Below are positions 11,797-22,692 of a stretch of 38,586 nt of DNA, in pieces (position 1 is the stretch's first letter; each line of letters begins with the position of its first letter). The stretch spans positions 12,652,580 through 12,691,165 of the forward strand of contig NC_068998.1 of NCBI RefSeq assembly GCF_001194135.2. The letters run 5' to 3'. This DNA comes from Octopus bimaculoides (Eukaryota). The notes under the pieces were generated by a model that searched no databases, was not told the DNA's origin, and worked only from the letters and a program-made list of their open reading frames with translations. The translations under genes were made by a program, and so were the position numbers.

Positions 11797-12130
11797 TGTG
11801 GTAAGGAGCTTACTTCCCAAACAACTGGGTTCCGGGTTCAGTCCGACAGCGTGGCACCTCGAGCAAGTGTCTTCTACTATTGTCTCGGGCATTCCAAAGC
11901 CTTGTGAGTGGATTTGGTAGACGGAAACTGAAAGAAGGCCGTCGTGTATATGTGTGTGGGGTGTGTTTGTGTTTGTCCCCCGTTTGACATGTGTTTACGT
12001 TCCCGTAACTTAGTGGTTCGACAAAGAGACAGATAGAATAAGTACTAGGACTTTAAAAACACTTCAAGGCAGTGTTCCAGCATGGCCACAATCAAATGAC
12101 TGAAACAAATAAGAGAATAAAAGAATAAAA
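11797..12130 (+). mobile_element. Composite SINE A + (TG)n + family D
   Basis: Family A body to about 11945, TG tract, then CCCGTAACTTAG.GGTTCG..AAAGAGAC.GATAGAATAAGTACTAGG...CCAGCATGGCC.CA.TCAAATGACTGAAAC. Confidence 0.85.
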
Positions 12131-12724
12131 GAATTACAGACGCTCGCGAAGATACCCATATAGTCATGACCAGAATGCAGCCAGCCTCCTTAGAGTGTAA
12201 GAAGTTAAGGACTGAAATACTTTCCTGGGAGGATGGGGGTTCTTCTCTGAAGACCTCAAACAAAAGTGGCTACCCAAGGACAAAAACCGTGTTACACAGG
12301 GTTATAATAGTGTTTCATCGTGCAGGTTTTTCAGTAAACCAAGAAACCAGCACCAACGCCATCATATTTTTCTTTATAAGTCCAGTGATGAAAGAGAAAG
12401 AGGTGACGAAGACAGGTAGAGGATGCTCCTGGAAGTCTTCATCTTGGACCCTAGACACAGGCGGTCATAGACTTATGAATTACTTGGAGTTGTGTCTTGC
12501 TGAACGTTCATTCGTCGAAGCCACGAGAAAGTCCAGATAAGTAGCTTAGTTATTAAGTTAACCTCGACCCCTCAAAATTGCTGACTTTATTTCTAAATTA
12601 GAAACAATTATTGTTGTTGTCGTCTCTGTGTTTCATCCTCGATGAACAGATAATGGAACAGATCTACTGTTTGTGAAATTTTCTTATGCACAAATATCAT
12701 CTTTTTTTCCTTTTTTACTAACTG

Positions 12725-12870
12725 TACCAGCAATTTCGGGGAAGTGGGTAAATCGGTCACATCGACCCCCAGAGTTCAACTGGTACTTATTTTATTGGCA
12801 GAATTTGAACTCAGAACATAAAGACAGACGAAATGGTGCTAAGCATTTTTCCAGCTCACTGCCTTCCGTA
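12725..12870 (-). mobile_element. Decayed SINE family B
   Basis: TCGACCCCCAG...CTGGTACTTATTT...GAATTTGAACTCAGAAC.TAAAGACAGACGAAAT. Confidence 0.75.
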
Positions 12871-12949
12871 TCTATTACAATATTAAGTAATAGACTATGA
12901 TAGAAGATAGTTTTTAAGTGTTGTTTCTAGCAAATGGAACGACCATGAA

Positions 12950-12950
<1 letters not shown>

Positions 12951-12994
<44 letters not shown>

Positions 12995-13004
12995 NNNNNN
13001 NNNN

Positions 13005-13047
<43 letters not shown>
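12951..13047 (+). repeat. (CT)n microsatellite with a 10-N gap
   Basis: Direct inspection. Confidence 0.97.
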
Positions 13048-13050
<3 letters not shown>

Positions 13051-13129
13051 GGCTCAGCTGGAGCTGAAGTTTGTCTTTGTGATAGTTAATGTTTCTTAGC
13101 ACCGGCACTGAAATTGGCTTTTATTATCA

Positions 13130-13270
13130 GATTCAAATTTTGGCTCAAGGCCTGCAATTTCGGGGGAGGGGCTAAGTCGATTACATCGACTCCAGTACTC
13201 AATTAGTTCTTATTTCATCGAACCCAAGAAGATGAAAAACAAAGTCGACCTCGGCGAAATAAATCGGATT
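13130..13270 (-). mobile_element. SINE family B fragment
   Basis: AATTTTGGCTCAAGGCC.GCAATTTCGGGGGAGGGG.TAAGTCGATTACATCGAC...AAAGTCGACCTCGGCG. Confidence 0.8.
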
Positions 13271-13960
13271 TTTTAATATTCATTTGACACTTCCATTTGG
13301 CTTTCGGCCAGACTATCTGTCTTTGTCTGTCGCTGGTGTGAGTGCATTCAGCTGTATATAGTATGTTGGTATATTGGCATGTATATGTACATATGTGTGT
13401 GAGGGGGGAGGGTCGCATATAAATGTCTACGTTTGTGAACGCCAATATATGTGTGTGTTTCATTGTTTCAGTGTCTGTCTACGTGTGAGCGTGTGCAAAT
13501 GTGTGTATGTGGCGTGTGTATATGTGAGATATGTAAATGTCTATATCTGAACATGCATAGGTATGGTTGAGTGTGTATGTGTATGTGTGTGTGTGTGTGT
13601 ATAAATATCTAGTGTTAATGACTTGATATTGAGAAAAATAAGTGTTTGAGAAAACAAAAAATGTGAGAAAAATTACGTGTTTGAGATATTTATATGAAAT
13701 ATAATTACATAAAAGTTACGTTTGAGAAAATTTATTTAGCAAACTGTGGAACATGTGAATTCATTTACTCTATTTAAGTATGTATACTTAGTCTAGCTTT
13801 GTGCTAAAACGATTTTACATCACACGACCAACTTGAAATAGCAGCAAAATCGTTAAAAATGGGAAGGACTAACCGGATCATGCAGCCTTAACTATATTCT
13901 TTACAGATTGAATGCTTTTGACCGAAGGTCTGATAGATCAGAGTACAGCTTAGGCTAAAC

Positions 13961-14304
13961 CATTGGTTCTCAATCGAGGTCCATATGGACCTTTAGGGTC
14001 CATATAAGATTTTGTGGGGTCTACGCCATAAAACAGTAAATTGCGAATCCACAATAGCATTTTAAGGACCCTGAAAAAGATTTTGCTTTAGATGTATGTA
14101 TTGGTATTTCAAGAAACCACTTGGTTTCTTTCTCTAATGTTTTACATAGTTTAACCTTCACAAGTTAATGTGTGAAAAACAAAATAGGAATTCTGTAAAA
14201 AGTTTCTATAAAACTAGTTTTTAAACACCGAATTTTTATGGGGTCAACAAGAATAAAATAGTAATCAAAGGGATCCATAAATAAAAAATGGTTGAGAAAC
14301 CCTG
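13961..14304. mobile_element. Non-autonomous hAT element (MITE)
   Basis: Imperfect TIRs CATTGGTTCTCAATC and GGTTGAGAAACCCTG; 8-bp TSD GGCTAAAC (13953-13960) vs GGCCAAAC (14305-14312). Confidence 0.85.
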
Positions 14305-14454
14305 GGCCAAACAATATATACTTTATAGTATATCTTTTCATAGATCTGACCGTGGAAAGGTATTAATAGATGACAAAAATTCAACAACGGCAATATAGTT
14401 ACTTCAGCTCATTGAACATACGTTAGGATTTCGTATGTTATGTTATTTTCTCCA

Positions 14455-14885
14455 TATATTGGCACAAGGCCAACATTTTTGTGGAAGGGTGTAAGTCGAC
14501 CCCCAGTGCTCAACTAGTACTTATTTTATCGATCCGCAAGGATGAAAGGCAAAGTCCAACTCCACGGAATTTGAACTCAGAACGTAAAGACAAACGAAAC
14601 ACCGTTAAGCATTTCGCCCGGCGCGCTAACGTTTCTGCCAGCTCGTTACCTATTATTATCTTTATTCTGATTTCAAATTTTGGCACAAGGCCAGTATTTT
14701 CGAGGGGAAGTAAGTCGATTACATCGACATCCCCCCACCATGCGCAACTGGTGCTTATTTTATCGACTTGCAAGGACGAAAAGCAAAATCGAACTCCGTG
14801 GAATTTGAACTCGGAAGGTAAAGGCAGGCGAAATGCCGTTAAACATCTTGCTCGGCACGCTAATAATCCACCCATCTCACTGCCT
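14455..14885 (-). mobile_element. Two tandem SINE family B copies
   Basis: Two repeats of TTTTGGCACAAGGCC...GTCGA...TTATTTTATCGA...GGAATTTGAACTC...CATTTCGCCCGG. Confidence 0.85.
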
Positions 14886-15319
14886 TTATTTTCTTTATAT
14901 TAGAAAGGGAATTCTCAGCTAAACCGAAGCAGTTTAGAAATTTATTTTCCTCGTCCATTAATATATCAATAACTCTGTGTGTGTGCGCGCGTGTGTATTT
15001 GTGTGTGTGTGTGTGTATGTGTGTACGTTTCAATCAGATAAAGAACGTCTCTCGAGCATTACAATGTACAGTTATATTAAGACAATCAACAGTCCATAGC
15101 TAACGGCAATGAAATAATTTACCTCCGTTTACTTGGCTGATGACCAACTCTTATATTAAACAACAACCAAGAACACATAACTAACGAATGACAAACAGGT
15201 ATGCGTACTGACGTATTGTTAAAGTGAAGCTTGGCTACGGAGAATCCGAGGATGTCTCCCAATTTCCTCATTGCAAATATTTTATTTCACTGACCCAGAT
15301 AAAAAGAACTTCAGAATAC

Positions 15320-16320
15320 TATTAAGTTGTCAAGTATGAATTTTGTAGAAAAGAAAAAAAGTTTGCTAATGTTTTATGAATTCAAGAAATAGTTTTATTC
15401 ATCAAAGTATGCACCCATATTGTCAATAAACTTTTGCTATTTCAGCGGTAGCTTGTTCAGCCTGGAACTGTAAAAGCCTGGCAATCTAGCGTCAATAAAA
15501 TCTTAGAAGGCCTGTTCTGCAGCATCGTCGGAATAAAATTGTTTTCCCCATTAAAAATTTATCCAAAATGGAAGAAGTGATAGTCAGTGGGGGCGAGATC
15601 GGGTGAGTATGGTGGATGATGGAGAACTTCCAACTCTAACTCCTGTAGTTTCGCCAATGTCATTTTTGCGATGTGTGGTCTGGCGTTGTCTTGCAATAAA
15701 ATAGGGCTGGATCTGTTGACTAATCTAGGCTGTTCTTTTTTTTGCTTTTTTGTAAGTTTCTGCATCATTTGGTCCAGTTGGCTGCAGTATACTTCGGCTG
15801 TGATTGATGAGCCAGGTTTAATGAAATCATAATGGATCACACTTGCGCGAGACCACCAAACACACACCGTCAGTTTCTTTTGATAAATTTTGCTTTTTGG
15901 AATGTGTTTTGGTGGCTCGTCTTTGTCCAACCATTGTTGTATTGGATCCATTTCTCATCACATTACAATTCGATTCAAAAATGATTCATTTTTGTGACGA
16001 GAAAGTAGCATAATGTAGGCTTCCAAACGTTGCTGTTTCTGATTTTCATTGAGTTCATGTGGAACCCACTCACCCAATTTTTTCATTTTACCGATTTGAA
16101 CTAAGTGAGTCAATATTGTTTGCTTGCTAACACCAAACAACAACGATAATTCAGGGCACTTTGAAATGGATCTGACACAACGGTGGCTTTCAGTTCGTCA
16201 TTATCCACGTTTGTTTCTGGTCGACCGCGTTGCTCGTTTGTGAGGTCAAAGTTACCAGAACGAAATTTTGCAAGCCAATTTGATACTGTCTGCTGTGTAA
16301 TAACATTAGAATGAAATAAT
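15320..16320 (-). mobile_element. Mariner (Tc1/mariner, DD34D) fossil transposon with transposase pseudogene (about 15395-16305)
   Basis: Peptides NWLAKFRSGNFDL, GEWVPHELNENQK, RIV.(C)DEKWIQY, LTVCVWWS, ILLQDNARPH, HPPYSPDLAPTDYHFF, ending GAYFDE*. Similar to Hsmar1/cecropia-type transposases; frameshifted. Left TIR candidate after TA at 15320; right TIR uncertain. Confidence 0.95.
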
Positions 16321-17184
16321 CTATTAATATTCCAAGAAAGAACTCATATTTCAAAACTGTACGAATTTACAACTTATCCATTTCTAAACAAAAATAGCAA
16401 AAAACGATTTATAAATACTTTATAAAGCGAAAAGGAGTTAGAATAAAGAAATAGATGTGTCAGCTTTCTAACAAAAAATAAAAATTGTCAAAATATAATA
16501 ATTGCGCGAAATGAACAGCTGCCGAAGTTTACCATATACCAAATATAAGAAACGGACAGACAAATAAATAAATATTGTTTCCTCTTGCTATAGGTCAAGT
16601 AAAATGTTGTTTACTCTTTCCATTTGATCCCGTAACTCAATACAGTGTGTCGTTTGCACAATTGACATCACCTCTTAACATTTTAATAAACATTTTTCCA
16701 GCAATACAAGTAAGCAACTTTTGCTTCTTGGTTACATCACCATGAATAAATAACCCTGGCCCTAAATCCGAGTTCTTTCGTTTGAATCGATCAATAAGTA
16801 TTAATGTTAAGAATATGTAACGAAATGAAGAAGTAAATAAAACAAAACATATTTTCTGCCAAGAAGATTTACGATTGGGTAAATAATGATATTTTTGAAA
16901 TTTTCATGTTTCTAAAATGGAGAGGTTAGATATTCATTTTCATTAATATTTTCGTAATTTTTTAATCGAATAGTATAAAATATAATTAATCGGCAATACG
17001 TTCATAGATTATTTTGTGATTGAAAGAAGATATTAAAAACAAGGGGGAAAATAAAATTTAGCAATATTATTTTGCTATAAATTCATAGCAATGCCAGCAT
17101 GTATTCAACTGCACTAAACATACATGTACGCAAACATTTATTTTTCGATAAATAAATGGAATTTAATAATTTAATTTATTACTC

Positions 17185-17185
<1 letters not shown>

Positions 17186-17215
<30 letters not shown>

Positions 17216-17238
17216 CTTCTTCTTCTTCTTCTTCTTCT
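17186..17238 (+). repeat. (CTT)n microsatellite
   Basis: Direct inspection. Confidence 0.97.
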
Positions 17239-17799
17239 CTCACTTTCACCCTCTCATGTTCAATGCCACGTTCTTAAATTAATTAATATGTGTATAAGAA
17301 GCACTTGTGTTTATTGCCTGTACCACACTCATAAATTCCGTTTAAATTATATTTAATTTCTTAGTCACTCCGTCCAACGTTCTAAAGGCTTCCATAGNNN
17401 NNNNNNNNNNNNNNNNNNNNNNNNNNNNNNNNNNNNNNNNNNNNNNNNNNNNNNNNNNNNNNNNNNNNNNNNNNNNNNNNNNNNNNNNNNNNNNNNNNNN
17501 NNNNNNNNNNNNNNNNNNNNNNNNNNNNNNNNNNNNNNNNNNNNNNNNNNNNNNNNNNNNNNNNNNNNNNNNNNNNNNNNNNNNNNNNNNNNNNNNNNNN
17601 NNNNNNNNNNNNNNNNNNNNNNNNNNNNNNNNNNNNNNNNNNNNNNNNNNNNNNNNNNNNNNNNNNNNNNNNNNNNNNNNNNNNNNNNNNNNNNNNNNNN
17701 NNNGCCCCCTCCCCAAAAATTTCAGGCCTTGTGCCTAGAGTAGAAAAGAATAGAATATTATACAGGACAATGCAGGAGTCACTTTGGTATTTAAATGAT

Positions 17800-18010
17800 A
17801 TTCTTTTATTTGTTCCAGTCATTTGACTGCGGCCATGTTGGAGCACCGCCTTTAGTCGAACAAATCGACCCCAGGACTTATTCTTTGTAAGCCTAGTACT
17901 TATTCTATCAACCCCTTTTGCCGAACCGCTAAGTTACGGGGACGTAAACACACCAGCATCGGTTGTCAAGCAATGGTGGGGGGACAAACACAGATATACA
18001 AACACTCACA
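17800..18010 (-). mobile_element. Repeat family D
   Basis: CAGTCATTTGACTGCGGCCATG.TGGAGCACCGCC...GCCGAACCGCTAAGTTACGGGGACGTAAAC; near-identical to 38400-38586. Confidence 0.9.
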
Positions 18011-18031
18011 CACACCACATATATATATGTT

Positions 18032-18099
18032 ACGGATAATTAAACCTCCTATATATTTGATATAGACGGATAATTAAACCTCTTATATATTTGATATAG
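18032..18099 (+). repeat. 34-bp tandem duplication
   Basis: ACGGATAATTAAACCTC(C/T)TATATATTTGATATAG x2, one mismatch. Confidence 0.95.
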
Positions 18100-18191
18100 A
18101 CAGCAGTATGCAATGTTTTACCAAAAAAGGAAAACTATAAATGTCACTAAATATGAGCATACATGTGCCACAGCATGACCGTAGCTCTCGA

Positions 18192-18341
18192 GCTGTGTGG
18201 TAAGTAGCTTGCTTACCAACCACGTGGTTCCGGGTTAAGTCCCACTGCGTAGCACATTGGGCAAGTATCTTCTACTATAGCCTCGGGCTGACCAAAGCCT
18301 TGTGAGTGGATTTGGTAGACGGAAACTGAAAGAAGCCCGTC

Positions 18342-18376
<35 letters not shown>
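18192..18376 (+). mobile_element. SINE family A with (TA)n tail
   Basis: Homologous to 452-612. Confidence 0.9.
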
Positions 18377-18377
<1 letters not shown>

Positions 18378-18379
<2 letters not shown>

Positions 18380-18610
18380 TCCGTCCACCATATTTCTCTG
18401 GTAGTGTCATAGTATTAATTACTTGTCCAAGGTGCCGTGCAGGTGGGGGAAAACCTGAATCACACGACTGAAAAGTGAATTTATTGAGCACACAGCTACA
18501 CCTGTCTATGTCCTGTAATGACTTTTTATCTCCGGGTACACAACAGTATAACATGAATATCTATCTATATTTTACTTTCTCGTTAACATTTCCTAGTTAC
18601 ATTTCCAAGT
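18378..18610 (+). repeat. Local direct duplication (second copy about 20512-20748)
   Basis: TTCCGTCCACCATATTTCT...AATCACACGACTGAAAAGTGAATTT...CAACAGTATAACATGAATATCTATCTATATTTTACTTTCTC present in both copies. Confidence 0.9.
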
Positions 18611-18909
18611 AGACGATATACACGCTGAAGATCAGTTTTGGCTTAAATTATGGGTATATATATAGAGAGAGAGGGCTCAAGAAAAAGATTTCTTGACCAC
18701 TGCTTTGTACATCACGTGGGGACTTTGGCCATGTAGTTTCTGCTTGGCCAAAGTGCCCACGAAATCTGAACTATCAAATACTCTCATCGAGAAACATCTT
18801 AGAATTTCTTATTAATTCTCTCTACACTGCCTCCGTGCAATTAAAACTGTGACTGCGCTCTGCACCCAAGAAACTTGAAGTGATGTGGAACTGAGTCAAT
18901 TACTAGTAA

Positions 18910-19025
18910 ATACTAACTTTTAATTTTAGCACAAGGTTAGAAATTTTGGTGTGGAGGAGCTAAGTCGATTACATCGGCTCCCGTACTCTACTGATACTTT
19001 TTTATCATCCCCGAAGGAATGAAAG
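18910..19025 (-). mobile_element. SINE family B fragment
   Basis: TTTTAGCACAAGG...TAAGTCGATTACATCG...CCCCGAAGGAATGAAAGG. Confidence 0.7.
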
Positions 19026-20195
19026 GTGTGTGTGTGTGTGTGTGTGTGTTTGTTCCTACCATCGTTTGACAACCGATGCAGGATGGTCTTGGCCGGCACG
19101 CCGTTTTATCACAGGTATGCTCGATCAGAATTAATCAAGGCTCAACAACAACTCAAACAGCCTCTATGCAGTAGGTGTATCTGCTAGATGTTTCAGCCAA
19201 AACTCTCGAAATCACAGCCTATCAGAATGTAGTTCCTAATATATAAAAAGATACATGCTCACGACTGAAAGCTTTCATCAGAGATGCCAAAAATTTGAAG
19301 CTGATATTACTTATGACACACATCAATAGTAATCTATTGTATAAATGGCTGCAACACAACGACATATAAATGAAAATATCTTAACATCAACAAATGTCGT
19401 GACAGAAAAAGCAAGATCGGGAGAGAAAGTAATAAAATATGAAGCTTGCAAACATCATTCTCTTCGCACTCTTTTCAAAATATGTTTACGTAACAATTGT
19501 GTTGCAGCAATGTATGATCTAGAAAACTTGACGACTTCGAAAAAGTTATGAATGAGGCAAACTGAAGTTACAATCAGCTCACTTCATTTGCTTGACAACG
19601 CCCAGTATTTCTGGAAAAGAATGTTTTTACCCATTAACGAATGAAGTAGGACACGTTTCGTAACACTCTAATCTTATACTATAACTAATCAAAAATACAT
19701 ATGAAACTAGAAAAACTATTCAGCTTTGATATTTGAAGTTGTGTGAAACACTAGATACTACAACACTAATTAGCATCTGAGTATTTGTTAATAAGTTTTA
19801 TTTATTTATTCATTACTCTTTGTAAATACTTTGGCTTTTAATTTATAAATCGATGTCAACATCGAAAGGACAGCAAAAACTAATTGATTAATTTTCGTAA
19901 TTAAGCTTTGGTCAGGAAAATGTTTACAATTGGTTGTGTATTGAATTAATTATTATGTACGTTTATGAATGTTTAACATGCAGTTGTTGATTAACCCCAC
20001 GAGTGAGCCCTGATCGAACAAAATCTATAATCAAAGATTCCAGCAGTAACAATCTCGATATAGTTTAACAAAACAAATACCAACAGTCATTTTTGACCTA
20101 TTTCAGTTTTCAATTTGCCAAAAATGTTAACATGTTGGACTTTTCATGACTTTTCATGAATTTTGATGTTTTATGCCCAATGGTAATTTCCTTAC

Positions 20196-20227
20196 GTCAT
20201 ATGTTTTCCAAAATCTTGCGCAACCAC
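20196..20227 (-). CDS. Candidate 32-nt internal exon
   Basis: Acceptor atcttttactatatttctAG, donor gtaagg; two open frames (VVAQDFGKHM or GCARFWKTYD). Confidence 0.28.
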
Positions 20228-20263
20228 CTAGAAATATAGTAAAAGATCTATATCAATTCACTC

Positions 20264-20433
20264 TCAAATTAAAACAACTGACCATCAAATTAAAACAACG
20301 TAACTTCAAATTAAAACAATTTAATTTCAAATTAATACAAATTAATCTCGACTTGAAACAACTGAACTATGATCTAAATTATATTAATTTTAATTTAAAT
20401 CCGATGTACTTTTTATTTAAAACAAATGAATAA
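20264..20433 (+). repeat. Degenerate 21-bp minisatellite (about 8 units)
   Basis: CAAATTAAAACAACTGACCAT, CAAATTAAAACAACGTAACTT, CAAATTAAAACAATTTAATTT, CAAATTAATACAAATTAATCT and further diverged units. Confidence 0.85.
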
Positions 20434-21144
20434 CAACTTAAAATATATGAAATTCTTATTAAAATAACTTCTCTAACATCGATGGGAAATATACACAGGC
20501 TCTGAGATAGATTCCGTCCACCATATTTCTATGGTAGAGTTATAGTATTGGTTACTTGACCAAGGTACCATACAGGAGGGGGAAAAACCGGAATCACACG
20601 ACTGAAAAGTGAATTTCTTGAGCACACAGCAACACCTGCTTGTCACAAAGTCTTTGTCCTGTAATGGGTTTTCTGCTCAACAGTATAACATGAATATCTA
20701 TCTATATTTTACTTTCTCTTTAATACTTCCTAGTTGCATTTCCAAGTATTTCCATATCTAAACGAAACACAAAAGAAGCTATTTTAGCTATAAAAAATGT
20801 AAGCAGAAATAGACGGTCGATTAAGTTGCAGTAATTTAATGTTACTTATTTTATAAAACCTCGCTATAACAAACATATAGTCACTACCTTAAATGGATCT
20901 GCATACAGGCTTGAAAGGGTACTAAACTTAAATACAGCCAAGCCTTTGTGACAGATTTCAAATACAAGCAACAGCAAACAATCCTCAATAAATACCTAGA
21001 CTTTTTTTAAAGGTTTGTTTGTCCATATTTTTATTTCCACTAAGAATACGACAACTTCTAAGTACAATCAATAAAACTGAACTCTGTATATGGGTGGGTT
21101 GGGTTGAGTTGGGTTTTTTATGGTGCTCTTTTATCTTTTACTTC

Positions 21145-21339
21145 CTTAGGTCATTAGACGACGGCCATGCTGGAGCACCACCTTGAACAATTAATTTTTA
21201 GTTGAATGAATCGACCCTAGTACTTGCTTTTGTTAAGTCTGGTACTTATCTTATCGGTCTTATTTTTTGCCGAACCGCTAAGTTATGGGAACGTGAACAC
21301 ACCAACATCAGTTGTCAAGCGGTAGTCACACACACACAC

Positions 21340-21387
<48 letters not shown>

Positions 21388-21545
21388 GACGAGCTCCTGT
21401 CAGTTTCCGTCTACTATATCCACTCTTATATTATAACCCGAGGCTATAGTATAAGCCACTTGGCCAAGATGCCACACAATGCGGCTGAACCCTGGATCAT
21501 GTAATTTGGAAGCAAGCATCTTACCACACAGCCACGCCTGCGCTT
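21145..21545 (-). mobile_element. Composite SINE A + (TG/TA)n + family D
   Basis: Same architecture as 11797-12130, in reverse orientation. Confidence 0.85.
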
Positions 21546-21888
21546 TTTGTCGGGAAAAGGCAAAAAAAAAAAGTCGCATCTAAGAAACTGGGCTATAAAT
21601 TTAAAAAAGGAGTGCAGAGTATTGAACCACAGTTCAAGCGTATAATACAATAAGCAGAATGTCAGTTTAACTTTCTGCATTATGGGGCTCACCACAACTT
21701 GCTCTTTATTGTTTATCGCGTATATATAGTTTCGGTTACTAAGTTTCTTCTGAAACAAGGATGGTCACTGCAGTATGTTGGCTGCTATATATGTGTATGT
21801 GTGTCTTGTGTGGAATGCAACTAGTAAAATATAGATAGATATTCATGTTATACTGTTGAGCTGAAAAACCCATTACAGGACACAGACT

Positions 21889-21916
21889 TTTCATACGCGC
21901 GCGCGCGCGTATGAAA
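21889..21916. repeat. Perfect 28-bp palindrome with (CG)7 core
   Basis: TTTCATACGCGCGCGCGCGCGTATGAAA equals its own reverse complement. Confidence 0.97.
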
Positions 21917-22031
21917 GTCGTACATTTAACTTTAACTTGATAAACGACCTAAGTTCCGAGAAAAGAATAAAATAATAAGGTTACAATCCCTTTCTGTACG
22001 ACACAATGCAAGCATACAAATAAATATATCA

Positions 22032-22073
<42 letters not shown>

Positions 22074-22074
22074 A

Positions 22075-22692
22075 TATTAGGGACAAAATCCAAAATTACA
22101 GGTAAAAAACTCAATTAAAATCAATTTATAAAAAATTAAAATTAAATTGAGCCTTATAGATAAAGTATATATAAATATATAGTTTTAGGGAAAATAACCA
22201 ATTTTCAAGAACTCATCGATGAAAATCCACTATCACATATAGAAAAATTAATAATTAAAAGCACAATATATATATATATATTGATAAATCCCTCCAAAAA
22301 AAAAAAAACGAAGAACAAACAAAAAAACCACAACGCGAGTACCTGGTACATGTAAAGTATTAGCAGACGCTCAGGGAAAGAAAAAGGTAGTTTTACGTTT
22401 CGAGCAAAACTCTTCCTCGGAAACAGAGGAAAGTCCAATAGAAAAGGAAGACGGAGGAAAAAAAAGTCGCCAACGATTCACGTAGTTTTATATATGCATC
22501 TTATGCTGTAGACTACATTTCGAGTTCTACAGTTAATGCCAGGGCTAATCCTACATACCATGCAGTTATCATTGGTGCGTATGGTATTCTCGAATGAGGA
22601 CGTCCTACATAGTTGTGATCTGACGGAGTTCCCTAGCTTTTCAACAATCTTAATGTTGAGTTTGGTTTCCTTCAGAGCTTTTCTATATCTAG
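22075..22692 (-). mobile_element. Penelope-like retroelement 3' fragment (GIY-YIG lead-in + 3' region)
   Basis: 22692-22490 reads YRKALKETKLNIKIVEKLGNSVRSQLCRTSSFENTIRTNDNCMVCRISPGINCRTRNVVYSIRC, the Cys-rich linker and C.T.NVVY.I.C start of the PLE GIY-YIG endonuclease. A hammerhead-like core follows at 22362-22424. Confidence 0.8.

Noticed and set aside
12130-12560. 124-aa plus-strand ORF and GC-richer block
   Set aside because: No recognisable motif or convincing splice pair on either strand; probably old unclassified TE sequence. A BLASTx search would settle it.
16701-16714. 8-nt plus-strand micro-exon signature (ttttccag CAATACAA gtaagc)
   Set aside because: Expected by chance at this length; no supporting gene on the plus strand.
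20264-20433. Short regularly spaced repeats as a CRISPR array (also 25705-25845)
   Set aside because: Units are contiguous and degenerate with no unique spacers, no cas genes, and the context is eukaryotic.
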